The notes beneath the pieces were generated by a model. It was given only the letters and a program-made list of their open reading frames with translations, was not told where the DNA came from and made no database searches. The translations under genes were made by a program, and so were the position numbers. From a virus: a stretch of 64,000 nt of DNA. The stretch lies in the IMG/VR virus record IMGVR_UViG_3300036817_000176, positions 1 to 64,000 of that record. One strand, written 5' to 3'. Positions 1 through 7,500 of the stretch are shown here, one piece after another (positions within the stretch are counted from its first letter, which is position 1; each line of letters opens with the position of its first letter).

Positions 1-2
1 GC

Positions 3-671
3 CGCCACTACAACACCATGAGCCTTAAAGACATGAAGGCCATGAACGTCGCCGAACTGGCCGCGCCCACGTCTGTGCTCTGGATGTGGACCACTGCGCC
101 CCAGCTCCCCGACTCCCTCGAGCTGATGAAGGCCTGGGGATTCAACTACCGCACGATCGGCTTCGTGTGGGTCAAACGCTCCCCGCAACACTGGCGCAAC
201 GTCTCCGACCGTCTGCGTAAGCGGCTGCGGGCACACCTCGCTGATCAGCAGGGTGTATCACTCCCGAAACTCCGTCACTCATCCGTAAGGGCCACCCAGG
301 CGCTGGACTTCCTCACGCCAGACCTGATTGCGGATGTCAGCAAAGACTTCTGGCACTGGGGGCAGGGGCACTATACCCGCTCTAACGCCGAGATCGTGCT
401 GGTGGGCGTGCGTGGAAGGGGGCGGGTTCTGTCCCGCCTCGATAAGGGGGTACACCAGGTGCTTGAGGACCTGGTACAGGAGCACAGCGCCAAACCGGAG
501 GAGGTGTATCAGCGCCTTGACCGGCTCTACGGTGATGTAAAGCGTCTGGACATGTTCACCCGCCGCAACCGGCCGGGATGGTCAGCGCTGGGTGACCAGG
601 TGGCGCGCACGGATTACGTGATAGATCCCGACACCATGAAAATTGTACGCCGTGAGGACTTTGCGCCCTGA
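3..671 (+). CDS. MT-A70 family adenine methyltransferase, 5' end outside the window
   Basis: RHYNTMSL..LWMWTT..LMKAWGFNYRT.GFVWVK..GQGHYTRSNAE..HSAKP..LDMFTR motifs; the frame is open to the window edge. Confidence 0.9.
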   Translation, partial: RHYNTMSLKDMKAMNVAELAAPTSVLWMWTTAPQLPDSLELMKAWGFNYRTIGFVWVKRSPQHWRNVSDRLRKRLRAHLADQQGVSLPKLRHSSVRATQALDFLTPDLIADVSKDFWHWGQGHYTRSNAEIVLVGVRGRGRVLSRLDKGVHQVLEDLVQEHSAKPEEVYQRLDRLYGDVKRLDMFTRRNRPGWSALGDQVARTDYVIDPDTMKIVRREDFAP

Positions 672-701
672 CGGCTGGCGAGTCATGAAACTGAGGTTTA
701 C

Positions 702-1010
702 ATGAGCGGTCCCCTCAAGAGGAAGCAAAAACGCGGTAAATCATGGAGCCAGCAGGAGCTCCAGATCATTGACGATAACCGGCACCTGACCGCCATCCAG
801 TTAGCCGAACTGCTCCCCACTCGTACACCGTCGGGTGTTGCCAAAAAGCGCGTCATGCGTCACGGGCGGCGACTGAGTAAAGCGGCAGAGCGGGGTGGAT
901 GGTCTGAGCATGACGAGGCCATCTGCAGGGACTGGAACTGGGCTCATGGCCTGCTGAATGAATGCCAGAAACAAAGACGATTCCGGGAGAAGAGCAATGA
1001 TGATGTTTAA
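702..1010 (+). CDS. hypothetical protein with Myb/SANT-like Trp repeats
   Basis: WSQQELQII...LPTRTPSGVAKKR and WSEHDEAI segments; GAGG RBS. Confidence 0.55.
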   Translation: MSGPLKRKQKRGKSWSQQELQIIDDNRHLTAIQLAELLPTRTPSGVAKKRVMRHGRRLSKAAERGGWSEHDEAICRDWNWAHGLLNECQKQRRFREKSNDDV

Positions 1011-1209
1011 ACGAACAATGGTCGCCACCGCGATCACCACGGCGCTGGCGCAGCAGGCGATTCGGGCTCGCACCCGCGCCGAACAGGAACGCCGTCAGCA
1101 GCTCAAGCAAGCCATCGCGGCCGGGCTGGAAGAGACAGACCAGAAATTCAGCGGCGGCCTTCTGAGCCGCTTCCGCGCCGGGCTGAGCCGCCTGCGCGGC
1201 AAGTCCTGA
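997..1209 (+). CDS. hypothetical protein
   Basis: Overlaps the upstream stop; GGAG-like RBS; co-oriented in the operon. Confidence 0.5.
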   Translation: MMMFKRTMVATAITTALAQQAIRARTRAEQERRQQLKQAIAAGLEETDQKFSGGLLSRFRAGLSRLRGKS

Positions 1210-1228
1210 CCCTCGATTAACCCATTCT

Positions 1229-1978
1229 TTGAGCCTTACACCGATGATTTATACCTCGCCAAATAACGGCACCGACTGGATTCTCGCCGCGAAAGAAACG
1301 TTTGGCACGGATCTGACGCCGGTGCAGCACGAGATCCTGACAGCCATCCAGCGAACCGGCGCCAGCGTGTCGGCAGTTGAAACGGATGGGATGGGCAGGA
1401 GCCGCCTGTATGCGCTTATCTGCGCCTCGGCGGTGCTCCTTAACCCTGAGATTAAGGTGGTGCTCGTATCCACCGACGCAGCCCGCCTGAACAACACCCT
1501 CGGCGAGCTGCACTGCATCATTGCGAATGCCTTTGGTGAGCTGGGCTTCCATCACTCTGCGACGGCGCAGCTGAGCATGACGGTCATGCGGCTGGTGCGC
1601 GATAAGGTCGATTTCCACTATGCCCGGGAAGGGAACGAGGAGGCACTTGCGGGCTACTGCGACCGGCACTCGATTTTTATTCTGGACAATGCCGACCTGC
1701 TGCCAGCCTCGTCGCTGGGGGTGCTGCTGGGGGGCCTCACTGAAGAGGATAACCGCCTGCTGATGGTGTCCGAAGCGTACCGGAACGAGGGCTATTTCTA
1801 CGAAACGCTGCATAACCCCATCCATGAGCATTTCCATCGCGTGCGCAGCAAGTCTACCGATACTCCGCTGGTCACGCCTTCCTGGTGCGAGAAGGCCGCC
1901 GAAACACTTCCCCCGGAGCTCTACCGCCGCCGCATTCTGGGCGAGTTCCCGTTAACGACAATTGAGAAAACCGTATGA
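1229..1978 (+). CDS. degenerate paralog of the terminase (PacB) ATPase domain
   Basis: Aligns by eye to PacB at 20902 (GNEEALAG/GNEESLAG, LTEEDNRLL/LTEEDNRIL, GYFYE/GYFYD, PLVT, GEFP); Walker A and Walker B are altered. Confidence 0.85.
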   Translation: MSLTPMIYTSPNNGTDWILAAKETFGTDLTPVQHEILTAIQRTGASVSAVETDGMGRSRLYALICASAVLLNPEIKVVLVSTDAARLNNTLGELHCIIANAFGELGFHHSATAQLSMTVMRLVRDKVDFHYAREGNEEALAGYCDRHSIFILDNADLLPASSLGVLLGGLTEEDNRLLMVSEAYRNEGYFYETLHNPIHEHFHRVRSKSTDTPLVTPSWCEKAAETLPPELYRRRILGEFPLTTIEKTV

Positions 1979-2508
1979 GTGATAAAACGCTGCAGGTAGT
2001 GGCCATAACGTGCATGGATTCGTTTTACATGCGTGGCATGGATATCCGGCCCGGGAAGCTGCAGGAGGCATTCAACCTCCAGCTCGAGGAGCCGCGAAGC
2101 GTAGAAGATATGGCAACAACGGCGGCCGAGTTTTTTGCTGACAGCGGGAGGATGGTCATTCCGCTGGTGGACGTAACAGGCGCAGGAAAAGCGCTGGCCC
2201 TCGCGCTGCAGGTGAAAGGCTACGACGTGTTCATGTTCAACCCTGCAGCGTTATGCGAACCGGCACACGATGCACAGCGCTTTCTGAATCATCAGGCTAA
2301 GGGCGGCAATCTGTATAACGAGGGGGTTATGGCAGGATGTATCACCTATGTGGATGATACCGCGCCGCAGGAAGTCGAGTTGAACCGGAATGAAAGTGGC
2401 CAGCTGCAGGTACACGCTAAAAGTGGCGAAACACGGCTTTCCTGTATGCTCGGCTGGTTCTGGCATGGGCGTATTCAGGAGCTCACCACAGCGAACTGGT
2501 CAGTCTGA
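1975..2508 (+). CDS. degenerate paralog of the terminase (PacB) nuclease domain
   Basis: VDVTGAGKALALALQVKG..C..HDAQRFLNHQA versus PacB VDGDGVGADTATILEEAG..C..EDKKRFLNKRA; ATGA overlap with the previous gene. Confidence 0.7.
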   Translation: MSDKTLQVVAITCMDSFYMRGMDIRPGKLQEAFNLQLEEPRSVEDMATTAAEFFADSGRMVIPLVDVTGAGKALALALQVKGYDVFMFNPAALCEPAHDAQRFLNHQAKGGNLYNEGVMAGCITYVDDTAPQEVELNRNESGQLQVHAKSGETRLSCMLGWFWHGRIQELTTANWSV

Positions 2509-2529
2509 CGGCACTTCTTGTAAACCTCC

Positions 2530-2572
2530 TTGATCTGCACGCACATTGAAATTACTGTATATACAAACAGTA
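2530..2572 (+). promoter_or_regulatory. SOS promoter with LexA box
   Basis: TACTGTATATACAAACAGTA (CTG-N10-CAG) at 2553-2572 overlaps -10 TACTGT; -35 TTGATC lies 17 bp upstream. Confidence 0.9.
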
Positions 2573-2590
2573 ATAACAGGAGTGCAGATC

Positions 2591-2830
2591 ATGCCCCGCC
2601 TATACGAAATTCATAGCGCATTTGTCGCAGCAATACATCAGAATCCAAAGGGTTTTCAGTGTGTACGCACTGACGATTTCATTCGCCAACTGGCTAAGGT
2701 TCACTGGCATTTCAGCCAGCAAGACGCCAACAACTGGATAGAGCAAAATCAGACATTTTTCGTCGATAAGACACCCGATGACAGCCAGAATCGCCTCTGG
2801 ATGTTGCGTACTATGGGGAGGGTGCTCTGA
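2591..2830 (+). CDS. SOS-inducible small phage protein (usual neighbour of UmuD'-like genes)
   Basis: AGGAG RBS then ATG at 2591, directly after the LexA box. Confidence 0.75.
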   Translation: MPRLYEIHSAFVAAIHQNPKGFQCVRTDDFIRQLAKVHWHFSQQDANNWIEQNQTFFVDKTPDDSQNRLWMLRTMGRVL

Positions 2831-3147
2831 TGGCCTTCGCCTCACCCGCTAACGACTATGTAGAGAGCAGGCTCACTCCAGAGAGGATCTGCGGCGTTGG
2901 CATCGACACCCGCATCATGGACACCTCGACGGGCTTTGCGGTGATTGAGCCCGTCAGCCAGCTCGTTAATGGGCAGGTTTTATTGGTTCTGTCTGGTGGC
3001 CGTACCCAGTTCGCCCGGGTAATGGGCAAGTCGCTTATCTTCAATGATGGCGAGACGATGGAAGGCAGCGCTGCAGAAGAAGTGAATGTTCTTGGCAGGG
3101 TAACTTACTTCATCAACCGTGCGGCTGGTGATGAGTGTCCGGTGTAA
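2830..3147 (+). CDS. UmuD'-like (HumD-like) protein
   Basis: Begins MAFASPANDYVESRL, matching the UmuD' N-terminus GFPSPAADYVE; ends in VLGRVTYFI; no Ser/Lys dyad evident. Confidence 0.7.
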   Translation: MAFASPANDYVESRLTPERICGVGIDTRIMDTSTGFAVIEPVSQLVNGQVLLVLSGGRTQFARVMGKSLIFNDGETMEGSAAEEVNVLGRVTYFINRAAGDECPV

Positions 3148-3164
3148 GTGGGCTGGTGGCTGTT

Positions 3165-3739
3165 TTACCATAGCTCCGCTACTCCTGACGAGCATCACAA
3201 AAAAGCGCGACGCTACAAGCCAGAAGTAGGCGAAACCGTGCCAGCTTTGAGATACCGGCCGTTACCCGCCGGTGCTCCCCTGATTGCGTCCTGACATCAC
3301 ACCCCGTCTCATTTTGCAGCCGGATATCCGCTCTTTCTCCTCGGTGGCGGTATCGCACTCCTCACCTGTTCCGGCACTGCTTGACCTACTGGGTGCTCGC
3401 TCCAACGCTGGGCCTTGTAATCAGACTCCCCGTCTGGCCCAGGCTAACGCGTCCACGCGCGGACTTATCTCTCCACTCCACGTCGCGCAGACACGGCAAA
3501 TCGCCGCCAATGGCGTTAGCCAATGCGGTAGCTGGACTTTGAGAGGGAACGTGCTGAGAATTAGATGGGCAAAAATTGACCCACTGATGCTTGAATGCTC
3601 TGCGTAACGCAGATACACTGATTTTACGTTTAAGGTAGCTGTTCCCTCAAAGTCGCAGTTACCTGGTAAACGTGTCCTGAGAAAACTCGTTTACCCGTTA
3701 AAACCCTGCGCCTGAGAACGCGGGGTTTTTTCGTTTCTG
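3165..3739 (-). ncRNA. RNA II-like replication pre-primer (~575 nt)
   Basis: Minus-strand promoter TTCCCG-17bp-TAAGGT (3774-3746); 5' end AGAAACGAAAAAACCCC resembles ColE1 RNA II; alpha/beta complementarity between 3641-3663 and 3527-3550. Confidence 0.8.
3626..3735 (+). ncRNA. RNA I-like antisense copy-control RNA (~110 nt, three stem-loops)
   Basis: Promoter TTGAAT-17bp-TACACT (3591-3619); stems 3633-3664, 3665-3695 and 3700-3731, the last ending in a U-tract. Confidence 0.85.
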
Positions 3740-3966
3740 GGCGATACCTTATCCTGGTATTAGCGCACCGGGAAGATCATTTTATGGATCCCGGATCAAA
3801 TATTTCACTCCTATTGTCACTTTTCCCCGTTTTTCCCCTCCCTCACATCAGGACGCCTGAAATCTTTTTAACTATCCTGATATTAAGTCGTTCTTTTGGG
3901 CGCGTCGGGTGTGGTAACATCCTAAGACGGTAATTTAATTGCATAGTCATGGAAGCTGGAGAGTAA

Positions 3967-4620
3967 ATGGCACGGTTCGGGGAAGACTTTCTGCAGACGC
4001 AGCTGGAACGCCGTCAGAAGTGGGCCGAGAAAGGGCTGCGCAGCGGTTCCGGGAAGAGCTTCAATCTGTCGAACCCGGCCAGCAAGCCCGCCAGCAAGAA
4101 GAAGGTAAAGCGCGCTGTAGGCGCTCGCCTCGGTGACCCGGGCTACGTTTCGCCTCATGCCGTGGCAATGGCCATGCTGGCAAAGAATCCGGACCTACGG
4201 AAAGGGAACCAGGAGTATTACGAGCAGGTCGATTTGTTCGCCCGTATCGAGGTCGCAGACCCTGAGCTGTACGCTCTGACCAGCGCGATACCGAACGGGG
4301 GTTATCGCCCCGGCAAAACGGCAGGCATGATGACGGCCAGCGGCCTGAAGAATGGCTACCCTGATGTTATGGTCGATATGCCCCGTGGTGTGTATCACGG
4401 TTGCCGTCTGGAGCTGAAAGCGAAGGGCGGGCGTATCAGCGAAGCGCAGATATTCAAGCTGCGCCTGCTGGCCGAACAGGGCTACTATTGCACGCTGGCT
4501 GAAGGAGTGGAGGAGGCGTATCAGTTATTGATGCAGTATCGTCACCTTGCCCCTGGAGAATCAATGCCGACGTGGCCGCGTAATGCCGCCTGGGAAGAAA
4601 CGGAGAACAATAACAAGTGA
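3967..4620 (+). CDS. VRR-NUC domain (PD-D/ExK) nuclease
   Basis: AIPNGG..GYPDV..LELKAKGGRISEAQ motifs. Confidence 0.85.
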   Translation: MARFGEDFLQTQLERRQKWAEKGLRSGSGKSFNLSNPASKPASKKKVKRAVGARLGDPGYVSPHAVAMAMLAKNPDLRKGNQEYYEQVDLFARIEVADPELYALTSAIPNGGYRPGKTAGMMTASGLKNGYPDVMVDMPRGVYHGCRLELKAKGGRISEAQIFKLRLLAEQGYYCTLAEGVEEAYQLLMQYRHLAPGESMPTWPRNAAWEETENNNK

Positions 4621-5207
4621 AGATGACAAGCAAGCGCGCCGATATCGTCCGCGCCCTGAAGAGTGGCCCCGCGGAATACCTCATGATCCGCCCGATGGCC
4701 ACCGTGCCTGCGCACCGCCGCCATACCCTGCTGTCCGGGGCGAAGCTGGTGGTGCTGGTGGACGGCGAAGCGCAGGAGCCTGCGGGCGTACCTGCAGCCA
4801 GCGCCATGGCCGCGCACGGGCTGATTGAGGCGGGCTACCTTGTGGAGGTAAAGCCGGGTGTATTGCGCTGGGGTCACCTGTATATCCTGAGCGATAGCGG
4901 TAAGGCCCTCGATCTGCAGAATGCCCCGGCTGACCGCCTGGGCTGGGACAGTAACCAGGGACCGCGCATCTTTCGCCGGGACCTGGAAGCGATCGCGGCC
5001 GGGTATGGCGCCAGCGTGCTGTTTAACAACACCCGCCACTGGTGGGAGCTGGCCATCCCGGGGGAGGGCGTGCGTAAGCGCCGGGTGATGTTGACCAATA
5101 CGAAGAACCAGCCGATCGCCAAACTCGGGGACCTTACCCTGAGCGCCTGGCGTGAAGTGATTGGCCGTGTGGCCGGTCAGAACGGACTGGAAAAGAAAAC
5201 CGACTGA
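4617..5207 (+). CDS. hypothetical protein
   Basis: Coupled to the upstream gene by a GTGA overlap. Confidence 0.65.
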   Translation: MKMTSKRADIVRALKSGPAEYLMIRPMATVPAHRRHTLLSGAKLVVLVDGEAQEPAGVPAASAMAAHGLIEAGYLVEVKPGVLRWGHLYILSDSGKALDLQNAPADRLGWDSNQGPRIFRRDLEAIAAGYGASVLFNNTRHWWELAIPGEGVRKRRVMLTNTKNQPIAKLGDLTLSAWREVIGRVAGQNGLEKKTD

Positions 5208-5301
5208 CGTTAAGGGGGGTGCCATTGCGGCACTCTACATCCTCAAACATCCTAACGATGTTTTGTAACGCAAAGATAATGTGTTTAACGCGAGGGAAAC
5301 A

Positions 5302-5595
5302 ATGGCGATTCAGGTCGTAAAACGCCGCAAACCGGGTCCGGTTCGCCGCCGGAACCATAAGCAAGAAGCGGACTATCAGCGGGATCGTCGTGAGCGCGAA
5401 CGCCAGTTAGGGATCCTCGAGCTGCGCGGCCTGCGTATCTCACTGACTGAACGAAAGATGCTGGACGATTTAGTGGATGTAACGCGGTTCAGCAGCCGTG
5501 GTGAATTGTTGATGACCCTGGCGCGCCGTGAAGCGGACCGGCTTGGGGTGGATTATCGGATACAGGAACAGGGCCAGCAGGAGGCCGTGCAGTGA
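5302..5595 (+). CDS. small basic putative DNA-binding protein
   Basis: Arg-rich N-terminus and RHH-like C-terminus; GAGGG RBS. Confidence 0.55.
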   Translation: MAIQVVKRRKPGPVRRRNHKQEADYQRDRRERERQLGILELRGLRISLTERKMLDDLVDVTRFSSRGELLMTLARREADRLGVDYRIQEQGQQEAVQ

Positions 5596-5882
5596 GTAAC
5601 CAAATGGAAAACACAAAATGCCGGGCCCTGGTGGAGCTGCTGAGCAGCCACCGGGACCAGTTGGCCGCCGTGAACGTGGCGCGCCTGTACGGTTGGGGTA
5701 ACAGTCGCGTTTTGCGCCTGCTGTCGGCTCTGCAGAAGGCCGGACTTATCGAGCCTATTGCGAACCGGCCGGGCGAGTACACGGCGAACCTGGAGGCGCT
5801 GGTGGATGGCCTCCCGCAAAACATTGTCGAGCTGGTTACCGATGTGATGTTCAACGACAAGATCGGGACCAGTTATGAGTGA
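5592..5882 (+). CDS. putative winged-HTH protein
   Basis: VARLYGWGNSRVLRLLSALQKAGLIE pattern. Confidence 0.6.
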   Translation: MSNQMENTKCRALVELLSSHRDQLAAVNVARLYGWGNSRVLRLLSALQKAGLIEPIANRPGEYTANLEALVDGLPQNIVELVTDVMFNDKIGTSYE

Positions 5883-6189
5883 GCTGATCACCTGCCCGAA
5901 TTGCGCGGGAGCAGGCCGCTATAACGCGTTTATCAACGGCGGCCAGGACCTGTCAAAACATAGTTTAGGTCCTGTGACCTGCTTACGCTGTGAGGGCAGT
6001 GGCAAGCTCCCGGCAGAGGCCCTGCGCTGGGCTGAGTACGGGAAAATGCTGCAACGCCGCCGCACCCAGGCGGGCTTTACCCTGATGACCGGCGCCCAGG
6101 CGCTGCGCATGACCCCGGCGGCGCTGTCGGCTATCGAGCATGGTTATGCGCCTGCGCCGGTAGGGTCAGACCTTTGGTGGCAACTGTGA
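5875..6189 (+). CDS. DnaJ-type Zn finger plus XRE HTH protein
   Basis: CPNCAGAG and CLRCEGSG; RRTQAGFTL..AQALRMTPAALSAIEHG. Confidence 0.75.
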   Translation: MSELITCPNCAGAGRYNAFINGGQDLSKHSLGPVTCLRCEGSGKLPAEALRWAEYGKMLQRRRTQAGFTLMTGAQALRMTPAALSAIEHGYAPAPVGSDLWWQL

Positions 6190-7280
6190 ATATCGGCTTC
6201 GGTTCAGTCTGCAGTGGCATCGAGGCCGCCAGCATTGCCTGGCATCCGCTGGGCTTCCGTGCGCAGTGGTTTTCTGAGATTGAGCCGTTCCCCTCGGCCG
6301 TACTGGCGCACCACTGGCCAGCCGTGCCAAACCTCGGTGATATGACCCAGCTGGCCGCCGGTGTGCGTGCTGGCCGCGTCCCGGCGCCTGCTGTGCTGGT
6401 GGGCGGTACCCCGTGCCAGTCCTTTTCCGTTGTTGGCGTGCGCGAGGGCCTGAAGGACCCGCGTGGCCAGCTCACGATCTCATATGTGGAATTAGCCGAT
6501 GCAATTGATGACGCCCGCACCGCGGCCGGAGAAGAGCCAGCCGTCATTGTCTGGGAAAACGTGCCCGGCGTGTTCAGCTCCAGTGATAACGCTTTCGGAG
6601 CCTTCCTTGGACTCCTTGCCGGTGAAGACTGTGAGCTACAACCGACAGGGAAAAAATGGACGAACGCTGGTTATGTGCGTGGACCCCGGCGAACCATCGC
6701 CTGGCGTGTTCTCGATGCCCAATTTTTCAGCGTCCCCCAGAGTCGCCGTCGTGTCTACGTTGTCGCAAGTGCTCGAAAAGACATCAGTCCCGCCGAAATA
6801 TTATTTGAGTCCGAAGGCCTGTCTGGGGCTGCTGCGCCGCGCTGCGAAGCGGCGGGGGATGCCTGCGGGATTCAGGGAAGCACTGGAGCGGGTAACGGGG
6901 ATCACGAAGGACCCCGATTCGCTGCCTACGGTGGTGGAAACCGTAGCGGAGAAAGAAGCGTTGCCGCCTGCCTGACGGCGAAGGGCCAGCGCATTGATTA
7001 CGAGGTTGAAACCTTCCTCGTGCAGTACGACAAGAACGGCCACTGGCTGTCCCCGGATCTGACGGTCCGCCGCCTGACTCCGCTGGAGTGCGAGCGCCTG
7101 CAGGGCTTCCCGGATGGCCACTCAAAAATCCCGTGGCGCGGCAAGATTGAGGCGAAGTGCCCCGATGCCCCGCGCTACAAAGCAATTGGTAACAGCATGG
7201 CCGTGCCGGTCATGCGCTGGATAGGCCAGAGGATCCTGAGCCAGTTCGCCAGCAACACACTGACAGAGGACGCATTTTGA
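6186..7280 (+). CDS. DNA (cytosine-5) methyltransferase
   Basis: Motifs I (SVCSGIEA), IV (GGTPCQSFS), VI (ENVPG), VIII (QSRRRVY), IX (RRLTPLECERLQGFPD) and X (GNS). Confidence 0.95.
   Translation: MNIGFGSVCSGIEAASIAWHPLGFRAQWFSEIEPFPSAVLAHHWPAVPNLGDMTQLAAGVRAGRVPAPAVLVGGTPCQSFSVVGVREGLKDPRGQLTISYVELADAIDDARTAAGEEPAVIVWENVPGVFSSSDNAFGAFLGLLAGEDCELQPTGKKWTNAGYVRGPRRTIAWRVLDAQFFSVPQSRRRVYVVASARKDISPAEILFESEGLSGAAAPRCEAAGDACGIQGSTGAGNGDHEGPRFAAYGGGNRSGERSVAACLTAKGQRIDYEVETFLVQYDKNGHWLSPDLTVRRLTPLECERLQGFPDGHSKIPWRGKIEAKCPDAPRYKAIGNSMAVPVMRWIGQRILSQFASNTLTEDAF
6499..6975 (+). CDS. nested alternative-frame ORF, M.EcoHK31I beta-subunit-like
   Basis: The +1 frame inside the methylase encodes TLSQVLE..VPPKYYLSPKACLGLLRRAAKR. 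Confidence 0.6.
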   Translation: MQLMTPAPRPEKSQPSLSGKTCPACSAPVITLSEPSLDSLPVKTVSYNRQGKNGRTLVMCVDPGEPSPGVFSMPNFSASPRVAVVSTLSQVLEKTSVPPKYYLSPKACLGLLRRAAKRRGMPAGFREALERVTGITKDPDSLPTVVETVAEKEALPPA

Positions 7281-7465
7281 GTACCAAAACACACACCGGC
7301 CTTGTCGTGACCGCCACCGGCGAAACGCGGATGAAGATGCACGAAACCGCCAACAGCTGGGTAGTCAGCAAGAGTGAGCATTACAACAAGCAGACCGGCC
7401 GCCGGAACGGGTCACCGACTCCAAAGCGCCTGCTGCTGAACACCATTGAACCGATCGCGCAGTAG
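7277..7465 (+). CDS. small phage protein
   Basis: GAGG RBS; TTGA overlap with the methylase stop. Confidence 0.65.
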   Translation: MSTKTHTGLVVTATGETRMKMHETANSWVVSKSEHYNKQTGRRNGSPTPKRLLLNTIEPIAQ

Positions 7466-7500
7466 CCTTTCGCCCCTGAAGCCCATTTAAGGAAGACATA

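Larger units (their letters stand above)
3160..3800 (-). other. ColE1-type origin of replication
   Basis: Colinear similarity to the ColE1/pMB1 origin, including a 20-nt identical block CCTGACGAGCATCACAAAAA (3184-3203), GGCGAAACC, GATACC and CGCTCCAA.GCTGGGC; both promoters and three GATC sites are present. Confidence 0.9.

Noticed and set aside
3284-3618. ORFs 3284-3607 (+) and 3421-3618 (-)
   Set aside because: They lie within the RNA II/origin region and have no RBS or protein motifs.
3160-3800. Cloning-vector (pUC/pBR322) contamination
   Set aside because: The sequence is far too diverged, shows compensatory changes and new loops, and has no other vector parts.
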